64,000 bases of DNA from Bacteroidales bacterium (GTDB lineage: Bacteria > Bacteroidota > Bacteroidia > Bacteroidales > UBA12481). Below the pieces are notes generated by a model. That model saw only the letters and a program-made list of their open reading frames with translations. It was not told where the DNA came from and ran no database searches. The stretch spans positions 1,736-65,735 of the forward strand of contig JAGLDP010000117.1 of NCBI GenBank assembly GCA_023145515.1, given 5' to 3'. A program made the translations under genes and the position numbers. Of this stretch, positions 37,967 through 47,744 are shown piece after piece (the stretch's first letter is position 1; each line of letters opens with the position of its first letter).

Positions 37967-38413
37967 TTAAAACGGAAGATCATCATCAGCATTATCCTTC
38001 TCTGCAATTTCAGGATTATCAGCTTTAGCTGCATCCTGCTGAGCAGGTTGAGAAGAAGAAGAAGAAGAAGAAGCATTATCATCAGCTCTTCTTCCCAGGA
38101 GTACAATTGATGAGGCAACTATTTCGTTAGTGTACCTTTTGTTACCCTCTTTATCCTCCCAGATTCTATTAGTAATCTTTCCTTCAACATAAAGCTTTTG
38201 CCCCTTGTTGATGTACTTATCAGCAAGATCGGCCAGATGTCGCCAGGCAACAATATTGTGCCATTCGGTTTGAGAAACCTTCTCGCCGGCTTTATTTTTA
38301 TAATTTTCCGTTGTGGCCAGACTAAAACTGGCAACAGAGAGCCCTCCATCAAGATATCTGACTTCAGGATCTTTTCCAACATTACCAAGTAAAATTGCTT
38401 TGTTTACAGACAT
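37967..38413 (-). CDS. ssb: single-stranded DNA-binding protein
   Basis: 148 aa. OB-fold N-terminus (MSVNKAILLGNVGKDPEVRY), Ser-rich linker and canonical acidic tail DDDLPF. Confidence 0.95.
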   Translation of the reverse strand: MSVNKAILLGNVGKDPEVRYLDGGLSVASFSLATTENYKNKAGEKVSQTEWHNIVAWRHLADLADKYINKGQKLYVEGKITNRIWEDKEGNKRYTNEIVASSIVLLGRRADDNASSSSSSSQPAQQDAAKADNPEIAEKDNADDDLPF

Positions 38414-38723
38414 TTAATTATCATTTAAAAAGTGGAAATAAAAATACGAACAATTCTAAACTTCCCAAAGTTGATTCACTAAGGAAATAAGTAAGACACG
38501 CAAAATAATATTGCGAGGAAGAAGACTATCAAATGAAAGCCTATACAACTATATAGATGCATTTTAGAGTGCCAAATGGAAAATATATGTAGATTTTTTA
38601 ATCTTTTATAAAAATCCAAAATGGATAAAACCGCGTTAATTACTAATAATCTGCAACTTACAGAGGAATATTAAAGTAGTCAAAAAAACTTTTGGACTGT
38701 TGTGTAGATACATCTAAAACACC

Positions 38724-38731
38724 TATATTTG
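38724..38731 (+). promoter_or_regulatory. -7 type promoter box TAtaTTTG for the HU gene
   Basis: 42 nt upstream of ATG 38774. Confidence 0.45.
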
Positions 38732-38773
38732 CAGACCAATATGTAATTAGTTGATAATTAAAGAATTTATAAA

Positions 38774-39058
38774 ATGACTAAAGCGGACATTGTAAACGAA
38801 ATTTCAAAAAACACAGGGATTGAGAAAGTAACAGTTCAAAAAACTGTTGAAGCTTTCATGGGTACAATTAAAGATTCCCTAACTAGTGGTAAGAATGTAT
38901 ATCTCAGAGGATTTGGCAGTTTTATAGTCAAAAAAAGAGCAGAGAAAACAGCCCGTAACATTTCACGTAACACAACCATTATTATTCCGGAACATTTTAT
39001 TCCAGCTTTCAAGCCTGCCAAAACTTTTGTTATTAAGGTAAAGACTCAGGTTAAGTAA
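38774..39058 (+). CDS. HU family DNA-binding protein
   Basis: 94 aa. MTKADIVNEISKNTG..., RGFGSF and the beta-arm RNISRNTTIIIPE. Confidence 0.92.
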   Translation: MTKADIVNEISKNTGIEKVTVQKTVEAFMGTIKDSLTSGKNVYLRGFGSFIVKKRAEKTARNISRNTTIIIPEHFIPAFKPAKTFVIKVKTQVK

Positions 39059-39100
39059 TTTTTTTTTGCAGAATAATAAGTTTTAAAAAATATAGAAATT

Positions 39101-39193
39101 ATGCCAAGCGGTAAAAAAAGAAAAAGACATAAGATGTCAACCCACAAGCGTAAAAAACGCTTGCGGAAAAACAGGCATAAGAAGAAGAAATAA
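39101..39193 (+). CDS. 30-aa ultra-basic peptide, bS22 / mS38 (AURKAIP1/COX24)-like putative small-subunit ribosomal protein
   Basis: Below the ORF-track size cutoff. My translation is MPSGKKRKRHKMSTHKRKKRLRKNRHKKKK followed by a stop. An ATG start 42 nt after the HU stop, and a 14-bp inverted repeat follows. It resembles mycobacterial bS22 ([20 protein letters not shown]...) from memory. Confidence 0.6.
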   Translation: MPSGKKRKRHKMSTHKRKKRLRKNRHKKKK

Positions 39194-39217
39194 TTCTCAT
39201 ATAACGCTTATGTTTTT

Positions 39218-39259
39218 AATATAAACCTAAATAGACTTTGTTCTTTTTAGGTTTATATT
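39218..39259 (+). terminator. 14-bp AT-rich inverted repeat downstream of the small basic ORF (terminator or attenuator candidate ahead of rng)
   Basis: AATATAAACCTAAA (39218-39231) pairs perfectly with TTTAGGTTTATATT (39246-39259) across a 14-nt loop. No clean U-tract follows, so function is uncertain. Confidence 0.4.
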
Positions 39260-39289
39260 ATTATATATAGGCCTTAAAAATTAGCATTT

Positions 39290-40852
39290 GTGGGAGAAGC
39301 TGTGAGCAAAGAACTGATAATTGACACCAAACAAAAGGAAATTGCCATAGCCCTGCTTGAAGAGAAACGCCTTGTTGAGTTAAACAAGGAGAAATCAAAT
39401 CTACAGTTTGCGGTTGGAGACATATATCTTGGGAAAGTCAAAAAGATAATGCCAGGATTAAATGCTGCTTTTGTGGATGTGGGCTATGAAAAAGATGCCT
39501 TTCTGCATTACCTTGACCTTGGACCTCAGTATCAGTCACTGAGTAAATACCTCAATCTGGCGCTTAATAAGAAAACCAGAGCGCCTGGTTTAGATCGTTT
39601 TAAAAAAGTACCAGACATCAATAAGCATGGGAAAATTAAGGACATCCTGAAGGGAGGTCAGCTTATTCTTGTACAGGTTGCCAAAGAACCAATCTCTTCG
39701 AAAGGCCCCAGACTCACCAGTGAGATTTCAATAGCTGGAAGAAATCTGGTATTAATTCCTTTCTCAGATAAAGTATCTGTATCAACAAAGATTCATTCTG
39801 AAGAAGAGCGAACTCGTTTAAAGCGATTAATTCTAAGCATTAAGCCGAGAAACTACGGCGTTATAGTTCGAACTGTTGCCAAAGACAGGAAAGTAGCTCT
39901 TCTAGACTCAGAGTTACGCTCATTGGTGGGAAAGTGGGAAGGTGCATTCAAAGATCTTCAAAGTCTGGCCGTTCCAAGTTTGGTGATTGGCGAATTGAAT
40001 CGCACAGCAGCGATACTGCGTGATTTGTTAAATGCTTCCTTTAATAGCATTTATGTAAACGATGCTTCAGTCTTTCGGGATGTAAAAGAATTCATTGGAA
40101 CCATTGCGCCTGAAAAGCAGAAAATTGTTAAGCATTATTCTGGGAGAGCTGAAATTTTCGAGCATTTTGGGATTGATAAACAGATAAAAAGCCTCTTTGG
40201 GAAAACAGTTTCCTTTAAAAGTGGCGCCTATTTGATTATTGAGCATACAGAAGCTTTGCATGTTATTGATGTAAACAGCGGAAATCGTGCCCAATCAATT
40301 AACAATCAAGAACAGACGGCCTTAGAAGTTAACCTGGCTGCTGCTGATGAAATTGCCCGACAACTACGTTTACGGGATATGGGTGGTATCATAGTAGTTG
40401 ATTTTATTGATCTAACGATTGCCTCAAACCGTTCCCAGGTTTTCGATCGCATGAAACAAAACATGAATACCGACAGGGCTAAGCACAACATTCTGCCTCT
40501 TAGCAAGTTCGGACTCATGCAGATTACCCGGCAGAGGGTCAGGCCAGAAATGGAAATCCAGATTATGGAGACCTGTCCAACTTGTTCTGGAACTGGAGAA
40601 GCATCTCCCAGCATCTTATTAATAGATCAAATTATCAATAAGTATCAATACATTCTTGAGAAATTTGACAAACCCAAATTGGCACTTCATGTACACCCTT
40701 TCATTGAAGCATACTTAAATAAAGGATTGTTTTCTTTAAAAAGGAAGTGGCTTATAAAATACAAACACCGCCTTAGTATCAAAAGTGATTCTCAACTGGG
40801 ATTTCTGGATTTCGAGTTTATTGATCAGGCTGGAGATAAGATAATTGTTTAA
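39290..40852 (+). CDS. rng: ribonuclease E/G family protein (RNase G)
   Basis: 520 aa. S1 domain GDIYLGKVKKIMPGLNAAFVDVG, catalytic core HVIDVNSG and Zn-link-like CPTCSGTG. Start is GTG 39290 or GTG 39302 (VSKELIID). Confidence 0.9.
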   Translation: MGEAVSKELIIDTKQKEIAIALLEEKRLVELNKEKSNLQFAVGDIYLGKVKKIMPGLNAAFVDVGYEKDAFLHYLDLGPQYQSLSKYLNLALNKKTRAPGLDRFKKVPDINKHGKIKDILKGGQLILVQVAKEPISSKGPRLTSEISIAGRNLVLIPFSDKVSVSTKIHSEEERTRLKRLILSIKPRNYGVIVRTVAKDRKVALLDSELRSLVGKWEGAFKDLQSLAVPSLVIGELNRTAAILRDLLNASFNSIYVNDASVFRDVKEFIGTIAPEKQKIVKHYSGRAEIFEHFGIDKQIKSLFGKTVSFKSGAYLIIEHTEALHVIDVNSGNRAQSINNQEQTALEVNLAAADEIARQLRLRDMGGIIVVDFIDLTIASNRSQVFDRMKQNMNTDRAKHNILPLSKFGLMQITRQRVRPEMEIQIMETCPTCSGTGEASPSILLIDQIINKYQYILEKFDKPKLALHVHPFIEAYLNKGLFSLKRKWLIKYKHRLSIKSDSQLGFLDFEFIDQAGDKIIV

Positions 40853-40884
40853 TATCCGTTAACCATTTGTTATATACAACTACT

Positions 40885-42876
40885 ATGAAAAGATTAGTCT
40901 CACTCTTTCTTTTACTGGGATTCCTATTGACTGTTGCTCAGGCACAAATTATGGAACCGGTACAATGGACATTCAAAAGTGAAAAAATATCCAAAACAGA
41001 ATATGATCTGATCTTCTCTGCAACTGTTGAAGATGAATGGCATCTATATTCACACGACTTACCTACTGGAGGCCCACTGCCTACAGAGATCTCCTATGAA
41101 AGTACGGATGGTTTTGAATTAGTAGGAGGATTAAGTGTTTCTCCTGAACCAGAAGATGGCTACGATGAAGATTTTCAGATGGAAGTAAAATACCACAGCT
41201 TCAGCGCAATCTTTACTCAAAGGATAAAAGTCGCAGAAGATTCTCCAATAAACATTACTGGTGAAGTGTCTTATCAGGCTTGTAATGACGAAACTTGTGT
41301 TCCGGGATACAATGAATTTGAGTTTAAAATAGGGGAAACAGAGTCAGTAAGTGATGTTGTTATCTCAGAAAAAACTTCAAAAGAATCTAAGATTGATCCT
41401 TATGCTCCGGTTGACCTGGAATCAAAGAGTCTTTGGGGCTTATTTTTCATAGCCTTTCTGGCCGGATTGATCGCTCTACTCACCCCATGTGTTTTCCCGA
41501 TGATCCCAATGACAGTTTCCTTTTTTATGCATGGAGGCAAGAATAAACGAAAATCTAAATTTGAGGCAATATTCTTTGGTATATCTATTATAGCGATATA
41601 CACCATTATTGGAACTCTAGTCGCGATTCTTTTTGGACCAGGTGTAGCCAATTTCTTTAGCACACATTGGATTCCCAACGTATTATTCTTCCTCATCTTC
41701 ATGTTCTTTGCAGCTTGGTTCTTCGGAATGTTTGAAATAAATCTTCCAAACTGGATGGTTAGTAATTCAGATAAGCAAGTCGATAAAGGAGGATTAGGAG
41801 GACCGTTTTTCATGGCCTTCACCTTAGTATTGGTTTCCTTCTCATGTACTGGTCCTATAGTTGGAACAATCTTAGTAGAATCAGCAGGTGGTGCAATCCT
41901 TGAGCCAATTATAGGAATGCTTGGTTTTTCTATTGCATTTGCACTCCCATTTACATTATTTGCCATATTCCCATCCTGGTTAAACAGTATGCCAAAATCT
42001 GGTGGATGGTTGAACTCTGTAAAGGTTATTCTAGGGTTCATTGAAATAGCATTAGGACTCAAATTCCTGAGTATTGCAGATCAGACTTACCATTGGGGCA
42101 TTCTTGATCGTGAAGTTTATCTGGCACTATGGATAGTAATTTTTGCCATGATGGGCTTCTATCTTCTAGGAAAGCTGAAATTCAAGCTTGACTCTGATGT
42201 AAGTTTTGTTTCAGTACCGCGATTATTAATGTCATTGGTAACATTTGCCTTCGTAGTATATATGATTCCAGGTATGTTTGGTGCACCTCTTAAGGCACTA
42301 TCAGGATACCTGCCTCCAATGACTACACATGATTTTGATATCAATGAGATAATCAGGAACAATGCAGCATCCGGAGGAAATAATGATGCTGAGAATTCAA
42401 TTTGCGAACAAGCTAAATACTCTGATCAATTACATCTACCACATGGATTACTTGGATACTTTGACTATGACCAAGGGTTAGAGTGCGCCAAAAGTCAGAA
42501 TAAACCAGTATTTATTGACTTTACAGGACACGGATGTGTTAACTGTCGACAAATGGAAGATCGAGTTTGGGGCGATCAAAGAGTACTTAAAAGATTACGT
42601 GAAAACTATGTTTTGATTGCTTTATATGTTGACGACAAAAACATCAAGCTTCCTGAAGAGGAGTGGGTTACTTCATCTTATGATGGAAAGGTGAAGAAAA
42701 CTCTAGGAAAAAAATATCAGGATTTTCAGATTACAAGATTTAATCAAAACTCTCAACCTTTATACGTATTGCTAGATACTAATGGTGAAGTTTTAGTTCC
42801 ACCAAGATCTTACAATCTTGATGTAGAAGCCTTTATAGATTTCCTGGACTCAGGCCTTGAAGAGTTTAACAAATAA
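40885..42876 (+). CDS. dsbD: thiol:disulfide interchange protein DsbD family (N-terminal domain + TM core + thioredoxin domain)
   Basis: ORF 40867..42876. ATG 40885 gives the signal peptide MKRLVSLFLLLGFLLTVAQA. TM core with LTPCVFPMIP and FSCTGPIVG. C-terminal thioredoxin FTGHGCVNCRQME. Confidence 0.85.
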   Translation: MKRLVSLFLLLGFLLTVAQAQIMEPVQWTFKSEKISKTEYDLIFSATVEDEWHLYSHDLPTGGPLPTEISYESTDGFELVGGLSVSPEPEDGYDEDFQMEVKYHSFSAIFTQRIKVAEDSPINITGEVSYQACNDETCVPGYNEFEFKIGETESVSDVVISEKTSKESKIDPYAPVDLESKSLWGLFFIAFLAGLIALLTPCVFPMIPMTVSFFMHGGKNKRKSKFEAIFFGISIIAIYTIIGTLVAILFGPGVANFFSTHWIPNVLFFLIFMFFAAWFFGMFEINLPNWMVSNSDKQVDKGGLGGPFFMAFTLVLVSFSCTGPIVGTILVESAGGAILEPIIGMLGFSIAFALPFTLFAIFPSWLNSMPKSGGWLNSVKVILGFIEIALGLKFLSIADQTYHWGILDREVYLALWIVIFAMMGFYLLGKLKFKLDSDVSFVSVPRLLMSLVTFAFVVYMIPGMFGAPLKALSGYLPPMTTHDFDINEIIRNNAASGGNNDAENSICEQAKYSDQLHLPHGLLGYFDYDQGLECAKSQNKPVFIDFTGHGCVNCRQMEDRVWGDQRVLKRLRENYVLIALYVDDKNIKLPEEEWVTSSYDGKVKKTLGKKYQDFQITRFNQNSQPLYVLLDTNGEVLVPPRSYNLDVEAFIDFLDSGLEEFNK

Positions 42877-42880
42877 AGAA

Positions 42881-42908
42881 AAGAGGCTGTCTGCGGAGAC
42901 AGCCTCTT
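42881..42908. terminator. bidirectional rho-independent terminator hairpin between convergent dsbD and the T9SS cargo gene
   Basis: Perfect 12-bp stem AAGAGGCTGTCT / AGACAGCCTCTT with a GCGG loop. It lies 5 nt after the dsbD stop and 23 nt before the convergent stop, with A/T runs on both flanks. Confidence 0.8.
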
Positions 42909-42930
42909 CCTAATCTGAGCCACACATCAA

Positions 42931-45900
42931 TCACCTAACTAGATTGACTCGTTTCGTTTCAACCTGGTGATTAAATATCATTCTGAGGAAATAGACTCCG
43001 TTATCAGCATTAGCCGCATAAACCGGAATCCTGTGATTTCCTTCATTTAATTCTTCATTAAGTATCTCTACAACTTCTTGTCCTGCCATATTGTATAAAG
43101 CTATTCTTGTGTCACCACTGGTAGGTAGAGAGAATTCCACAAATCCATTTCTCTGCATTGGGTTTGGGTAGACATTCATTCCAAAATCAGTTAGATTAGT
43201 CTGATCAGGAGTTATTGTATTTTCTTCTGAGAAGCGTAGATTTTTTACAGATATATCAAAATTACTGTAATTCATCCCGTCACCATGAAAGGTGAATGTG
43301 ATAGATTGAACATCATCTGCCGAGAAAGGCTGATTTGATGCAATCGATTTCAATTGACTAAGATCAATGCTATAGGTCTTTTCATCAGAGCTTAAGCTAA
43401 AGCGCAGTCTGTATTGCTCACCCCAGTTGTCGATAGAAGACTTAGCAATAACCAGCTCAATCTCTCCTGAACCACTACCCTCAAAAACTAACGCTTTGTA
43501 TTGAGTAAGATCAACAGGCAGATTGCCCGGCTTCAGCATTCTGAACATACTTGCATAAGTTCTCACTTCGCCTTGCATTCTAACATTCCGTTCCAACAAA
43601 TAAGCATCAGCAAAACTGCTACCATCATGCATTTCACGTGTCAATTCATAAATCGCAGCTCCATCTCTGTCGAAATCTTTACTCCATGGACCATCAGCGA
43701 AATATAAACCATCACGCTTGCCTCCATCAGCTGACCCGATAGAAAAATCTATATCAAATACATATCCGCTTGGAATTTCAACCTGATGCCGACCATCATT
43801 GCCTTTGTTCACCTGCAATGTGTATTCAAACGTCTCTCTGCTAGCGTTTTCAAATCTCGTCAGGCTACCTTTAACCTTAACGTATCCAATACCTGACGGA
43901 TTTAAAATATCCAGAATCAATGACCCTGAAGCATAGTTCCCTTTCTCTACAATAATGGTCGGGACATCTGGTTGATTAATATTTTTATATGTTACACTCT
44001 TTTTTGTTCCCAGCATACTAATAACACTTTCCATCAACTCTACAGTTGACTGAGGAGTGGCAGACCATATCTGAAAGTTGAATATTTCACTTTCCTGTGG
44101 TACTTGATAGTCTTCTTTATGCCAGCGATTATCAATTGTCCATGAGTTATCCTCATCATATACTATAAAACTTATAGCATAATCAATATCACCACTTGCC
44201 TGAACCAGCTTACTGATAATGAAAGGATGCTCATTAATCTGTATGTATCTCACAAACTCAAGATTAGCACCTGTCAAACGGTCGCAAATCACTTTGGTGT
44301 GATTATATACTTCGCCATCATTAGTAGTAAGACCCATTATTGCAGCCATACGCTTATTATCCGCATCAAAATAATCAGCAGAGAATACCTCATTTGCATT
44401 TGATATTCCTAACAGATCACCTGGTGTAGAGATGTATGCACGAGTTCCAAAAGGTCCGTTCTCAGGAATATATTCTACTAAATCACTCACACTTTTAAGA
44501 TTTGATACTGGAGCAATTATTCCCTGTTTGGCCAGACTCTCGCTAAAACCTATCATCAATTCTGAAGAGTTGAAAGCTTTCTTAGCATCCGATTTTCCCT
44601 TTGAGAAATTTCTTTCTGCGATTAAACTGGCTAGGCTTCCATCTGATTCCAGTCCTCCATCATTTCCTCCTGATGATCCACTAACTGTCACAGAAGCCAT
44701 GGCTTCATCGTTATCCGGATTTATATCATTTTGATCAAGCTTGGTTAATCTGGCAAAATTATCAGCAGAACCATTTACTGTAACAGTCATCAGCATTGTA
44801 GCTGTTTGTCCTGGATTCAGACTGGCTATTGACCAAATACCAGTACCGGCATTATAAGTTCCAATTGAAGGTGCAGCTTCTACAAGAGCCAGATTAGCAT
44901 CTAACTGATCTGTAATTTCAACTCCGGTAACTACCATATCGTTATGCATGTTAGTTACGGTAATTGTGAAAAGTGACTGTTCCCCTACTTTAGGCACAGC
45001 GTTATAAACATCTTTAGTAACTCCAAGGTCAGTATCTGAATTCTTTGGTTTCAGACACATAGTAAACTTGTTATTCTTTAAGAACTCATCATTTTGATCA
45101 GCAGAGATGAATGCAATTGTGTTACAAACTTCCTCATCTGTCGTTACCCTTGCCTCCAGCGTGAGTTCAACAGTGGCTCCAGCTGTCAATTCAGAAATAG
45201 TCCACAGTCCTGAAGCAGAATTATATGTTCCGCCAGTTGTACTGTGACTTAAATAATCAAGACCTGCAGGAAGAATTTCTTCAATAATTATACTTGTAGC
45301 ATCAACTGAAGAAGAAAGATTTGAAGCCTCCATTGTGAAGGTTACAACTGAGCCCTGGTAAGGATAATAGTCATTTGCTTTCTTATTCACCTCGATATCG
45401 ATGTCCTCATCAGGACAACTAATCGTTAACACGATTCCATCTTTATCAGTTTTTTTATCAGTGCCGGATGTTTGCTTGGCACCATCACCAAAAACCTCCA
45501 AATGAGCAATAAGTTTATAACTCCCTGGAGCAAGAGCAATAACAGCTTCCCAACCTTTTACATGATTTGCATCTCCATCAAAGCCCTCTTCAAGCCATGA
45601 AAAATCAGGTGCTGTTCCATCATTACCAGAACCTCCAGTTACCTCTTTACCATTAAAGTCAGTGATATCAAGCCAAGCATCATCTTCATATTTTAAGCCA
45701 GGATATCCGTCCTCAGCTAAAACAAGGATATACAATAACTCCTGAGCACAATCATAATGTAGATAAAGCTTTGATTGCACAACTTTATCAGGCTTAAATG
45801 CCCTGTACATATCAGCAAAATAACTCTCTGTCAGATTCCAATCTGATTGATCTCCATCAACTGTTTTTGCCCCTCCTGTGGATTGGCCAAAAGCAGTAAC

Positions 45901-45969
45901 TGAAAACAAACCCAGTAGAGTTGCAATCAGTATGATGTTGATTCTGTTTTGAATATTTCGCATTTTCAT
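42931..45969 (-). CDS. large secreted protein with two DUF11-type repeat domains and a T9SS C-terminal sorting domain
   Basis: 1012 aa with a signal peptide. Two repeats fit the DUF11 pattern (LPAGLDYLSHSTTGGTYNSASGLWTISELTAGATVELTLEARV and the second QLDANLALVEAAPSIGTYNAGTGIWSIASLNPGQTATMLMTV). C-terminal about 80 aa (VYPNPM...GVYFLRM...KRVNLVR) is typical of T9SS type A CTDs. Confidence 0.8.
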   Translation of the reverse strand: MKMRNIQNRINIILIATLLGLFSVTAFGQSTGGAKTVDGDQSDWNLTESYFADMYRAFKPDKVVQSKLYLHYDCAQELLYILVLAEDGYPGLKYEDDAWLDITDFNGKEVTGGSGNDGTAPDFSWLEEGFDGDANHVKGWEAVIALAPGSYKLIAHLEVFGDGAKQTSGTDKKTDKDGIVLTISCPDEDIDIEVNKKANDYYPYQGSVVTFTMEASNLSSSVDATSIIIEEILPAGLDYLSHSTTGGTYNSASGLWTISELTAGATVELTLEARVTTDEEVCNTIAFISADQNDEFLKNNKFTMCLKPKNSDTDLGVTKDVYNAVPKVGEQSLFTITVTNMHNDMVVTGVEITDQLDANLALVEAAPSIGTYNAGTGIWSIASLNPGQTATMLMTVTVNGSADNFARLTKLDQNDINPDNDEAMASVTVSGSSGGNDGGLESDGSLASLIAERNFSKGKSDAKKAFNSSELMIGFSESLAKQGIIAPVSNLKSVSDLVEYIPENGPFGTRAYISTPGDLLGISNANEVFSADYFDADNKRMAAIMGLTTNDGEVYNHTKVICDRLTGANLEFVRYIQINEHPFIISKLVQASGDIDYAISFIVYDEDNSWTIDNRWHKEDYQVPQESEIFNFQIWSATPQSTVELMESVISMLGTKKSVTYKNINQPDVPTIIVEKGNYASGSLILDILNPSGIGYVKVKGSLTRFENASRETFEYTLQVNKGNDGRHQVEIPSGYVFDIDFSIGSADGGKRDGLYFADGPWSKDFDRDGAAIYELTREMHDGSSFADAYLLERNVRMQGEVRTYASMFRMLKPGNLPVDLTQYKALVFEGSGSGEIELVIAKSSIDNWGEQYRLRFSLSSDEKTYSIDLSQLKSIASNQPFSADDVQSITFTFHGDGMNYSNFDISVKNLRFSEENTITPDQTNLTDFGMNVYPNPMQRNGFVEFSLPTSGDTRIALYNMAGQEVVEILNEELNEGNHRIPVYAANADNGVYFLRMIFNHQVETKRVNLVR

Positions 45970-46161
45970 AGCTCAAATATTTTGATGCAAAACAGTTAAG
46001 CACATGCTGTACCAGTAACGCATAATAACCTGAATCACTGACACTTAATGAATGCATGACGATTGCGGCTATTCCAAATTATGGAATAAATAAGTCTATG
46101 ATGGAAAAGGAATCAGAATTTATCTATTAAGCTGGCATTGCATATTCTAGGGTAAAAGTGG

Positions 46162-46169
46162 TATTTTTG
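46162..46169 (+). promoter_or_regulatory. -7 type promoter box TAttTTTG for the sulfatase gene
   Basis: 36 nt upstream of ATG 46206. It lies inside the longer ORF-track extension, which supports the shorter start. Confidence 0.45.
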
Positions 46170-46205
46170 CCAACGCCAAAAGACGAAAGACAAAAAAGCA
46201 CAACT

Positions 46206-47726
46206 ATGAAAAAACTCTCATTTCTTGTATTAGCATTAGGACTGATTCTGGCTTCTTGCTCAAACACTGAACAACCCAATATAATCTATATCCTTGCTGA
46301 CGATCTGGGATATGGAGAACTCGGCTCTTATGATCAGGAGAAAATTGAAACTCCTCACCTTGATCTTCTTGCCGATAACGGGATGCGGTTTACTCAGCAT
46401 TATTCCGGATCGGCCGTTTGTGCACCATCCAGATGTATTTTGCTTACCGGAAAACATGGTGGACATGCCTACGTCAGGGGAAATCACGAGTGGGGCGAAA
46501 GAGGTCCGGTTTGGGACATGGCCAAAGCTGAAAACGATCCTAATCTTGAAGGTCAGTATCCCATGGATCCAAATGAGATCACTATAGCTGAAAAATTGCA
46601 AGAAGCTGGATATATTACCGGGATGATTGGAAAATGGGGATTGGGAGCACCACTTAGTACAAGCATTCCGAATACCCAGGGCTTTGATTTCTTTTGCGGA
46701 TATAATTGTCAGCGTCAAGCACATACTTACTATCCGCAACACTTGTGGCTGAATAAGGAAAAGCTGCCACTTAACAACAAGCTGGTTGTGCCTGGCACTA
46801 AACTGGCAAAAGATGCTGATCCGATGAATCCTGACAGCTATGCAGATTATACCTTAGAAGAATACGCTCCTGACGTAATGCACCGCGAAGCTTTAAAGTT
46901 CATTGAAGAATCCGGTGAACAACCTTTCTTCTTGTATTATGCAACACCAATACCTCATGCAGCAATTCAGGCTCCAAATGAATGGGTTGAGAAATATGTA
47001 GAGAAATTTGGCGATGAGGAACCTTACCTTGGAAAAAAGGGATATTTCCCACACCGATATCCTCATGCAGGATATGCTGCAATGATTGGATATTTAGATA
47101 ATCAGGTAGGTGAAATGATACAACTACTGAAAGACTTAGATAAATATGAAAATACCCTTTTCATGTTTACAAGTGATAACGGTCCAACCTATAACGGAGG
47201 TACAGATTCACCGTGGTTTAATAGTGCCGGACCTTTTAACGACTCTATGGGCTGGACAAAAGGCTACCTTCACGAAGGTGGTATTCGTGTTCCGCTTATT
47301 GCTTCATGGCCAGGAATCATTGAACCAGGTTCTATCAGTGATCATCCATCGGTATTCTATGATCTCTTCCCTACTCTTTGCGAAATTGCCGGCATTGACC
47401 CCGGAACAGAAACGGACGGAATCAGCTTCATGCCTTCTCTTTTAGGACAAGAACAAGCAGCTCATGACTATCTTTTCTGGGAGTTCCCATCATACGGAGG
47501 ACAACAGGCAGTGAGAATGAACAAGTGGAAAGGCATTCGTAAAAATATTCTTAAAGGAAATATGGAAATAGAGCTGTATGATCTGGATAAGGATATTCGC
47601 GAAGAAAACAATATAGCAGATCAAAATCCAGAAATAGTTGAGAAAATTCGCCAGATAATGGAGAGTGAACATCAGCAGGCTGAATTGGAACGATTCAGGA
47701 TGGAAGCACTGGGAGACGTAAAATAA
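46206..47726 (+). CDS. arylsulfatase-type (formylglycine-dependent) sulfatase lipoprotein
   Basis: ORF 46158..47726. ATG 46206 follows a TAttTTTG box and gives the lipoprotein signal MKKLSFLVLALGLILASC. The CAPSRCILLTGK (C-x-P-x-R) motif and TSDNGP are present. Confidence 0.9.
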   Translation: MKKLSFLVLALGLILASCSNTEQPNIIYILADDLGYGELGSYDQEKIETPHLDLLADNGMRFTQHYSGSAVCAPSRCILLTGKHGGHAYVRGNHEWGERGPVWDMAKAENDPNLEGQYPMDPNEITIAEKLQEAGYITGMIGKWGLGAPLSTSIPNTQGFDFFCGYNCQRQAHTYYPQHLWLNKEKLPLNNKLVVPGTKLAKDADPMNPDSYADYTLEEYAPDVMHREALKFIEESGEQPFFLYYATPIPHAAIQAPNEWVEKYVEKFGDEEPYLGKKGYFPHRYPHAGYAAMIGYLDNQVGEMIQLLKDLDKYENTLFMFTSDNGPTYNGGTDSPWFNSAGPFNDSMGWTKGYLHEGGIRVPLIASWPGIIEPGSISDHPSVFYDLFPTLCEIAGIDPGTETDGISFMPSLLGQEQAAHDYLFWEFPSYGGQQAVRMNKWKGIRKNILKGNMEIELYDLDKDIREENNIADQNPEIVEKIRQIMESEHQQAELERFRMEALGDVK

Positions 47727-47744
47727 TTGGAGATTGGGGAACAA

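Noticed and set aside
38051-38073. (GAA)n microsatellite
   Set aside because: It is the coding sequence (minus strand TCT codons) for the poly-Ser linker of SSB. It is a low-complexity protein linker, not an independent repeat element.
38414-38773. 360-nt ssb/HU divergent intergenic region as a possible sRNA locus
   Set aside because: It is the longest non-coding gap in the window. By eye it has only weak AT-rich hairpins and tiny ORFs, with no terminator-like structure or conserved motif I can recognise. I cannot support an RNA gene call without covariation or expression data.
41400-42062. 220-aa minus-strand ORF inside dsbD
   Set aside because: It is entirely antisense to the well-supported DsbD transmembrane core. 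The translation is low-complexity (Pro/Asn/Ile-rich) with no motifs. Long antisense ORFs are expected opposite membrane-protein genes in AT-rich genomes.
46260-46742. 160-aa minus-strand ORF and 97-aa plus-strand alternative-frame ORF inside the sulfatase gene
   Set aside because: They overlap the conserved CxPxR sulfatase N-terminal domain. They have no start context or recognisable motifs and are most simply spurious.
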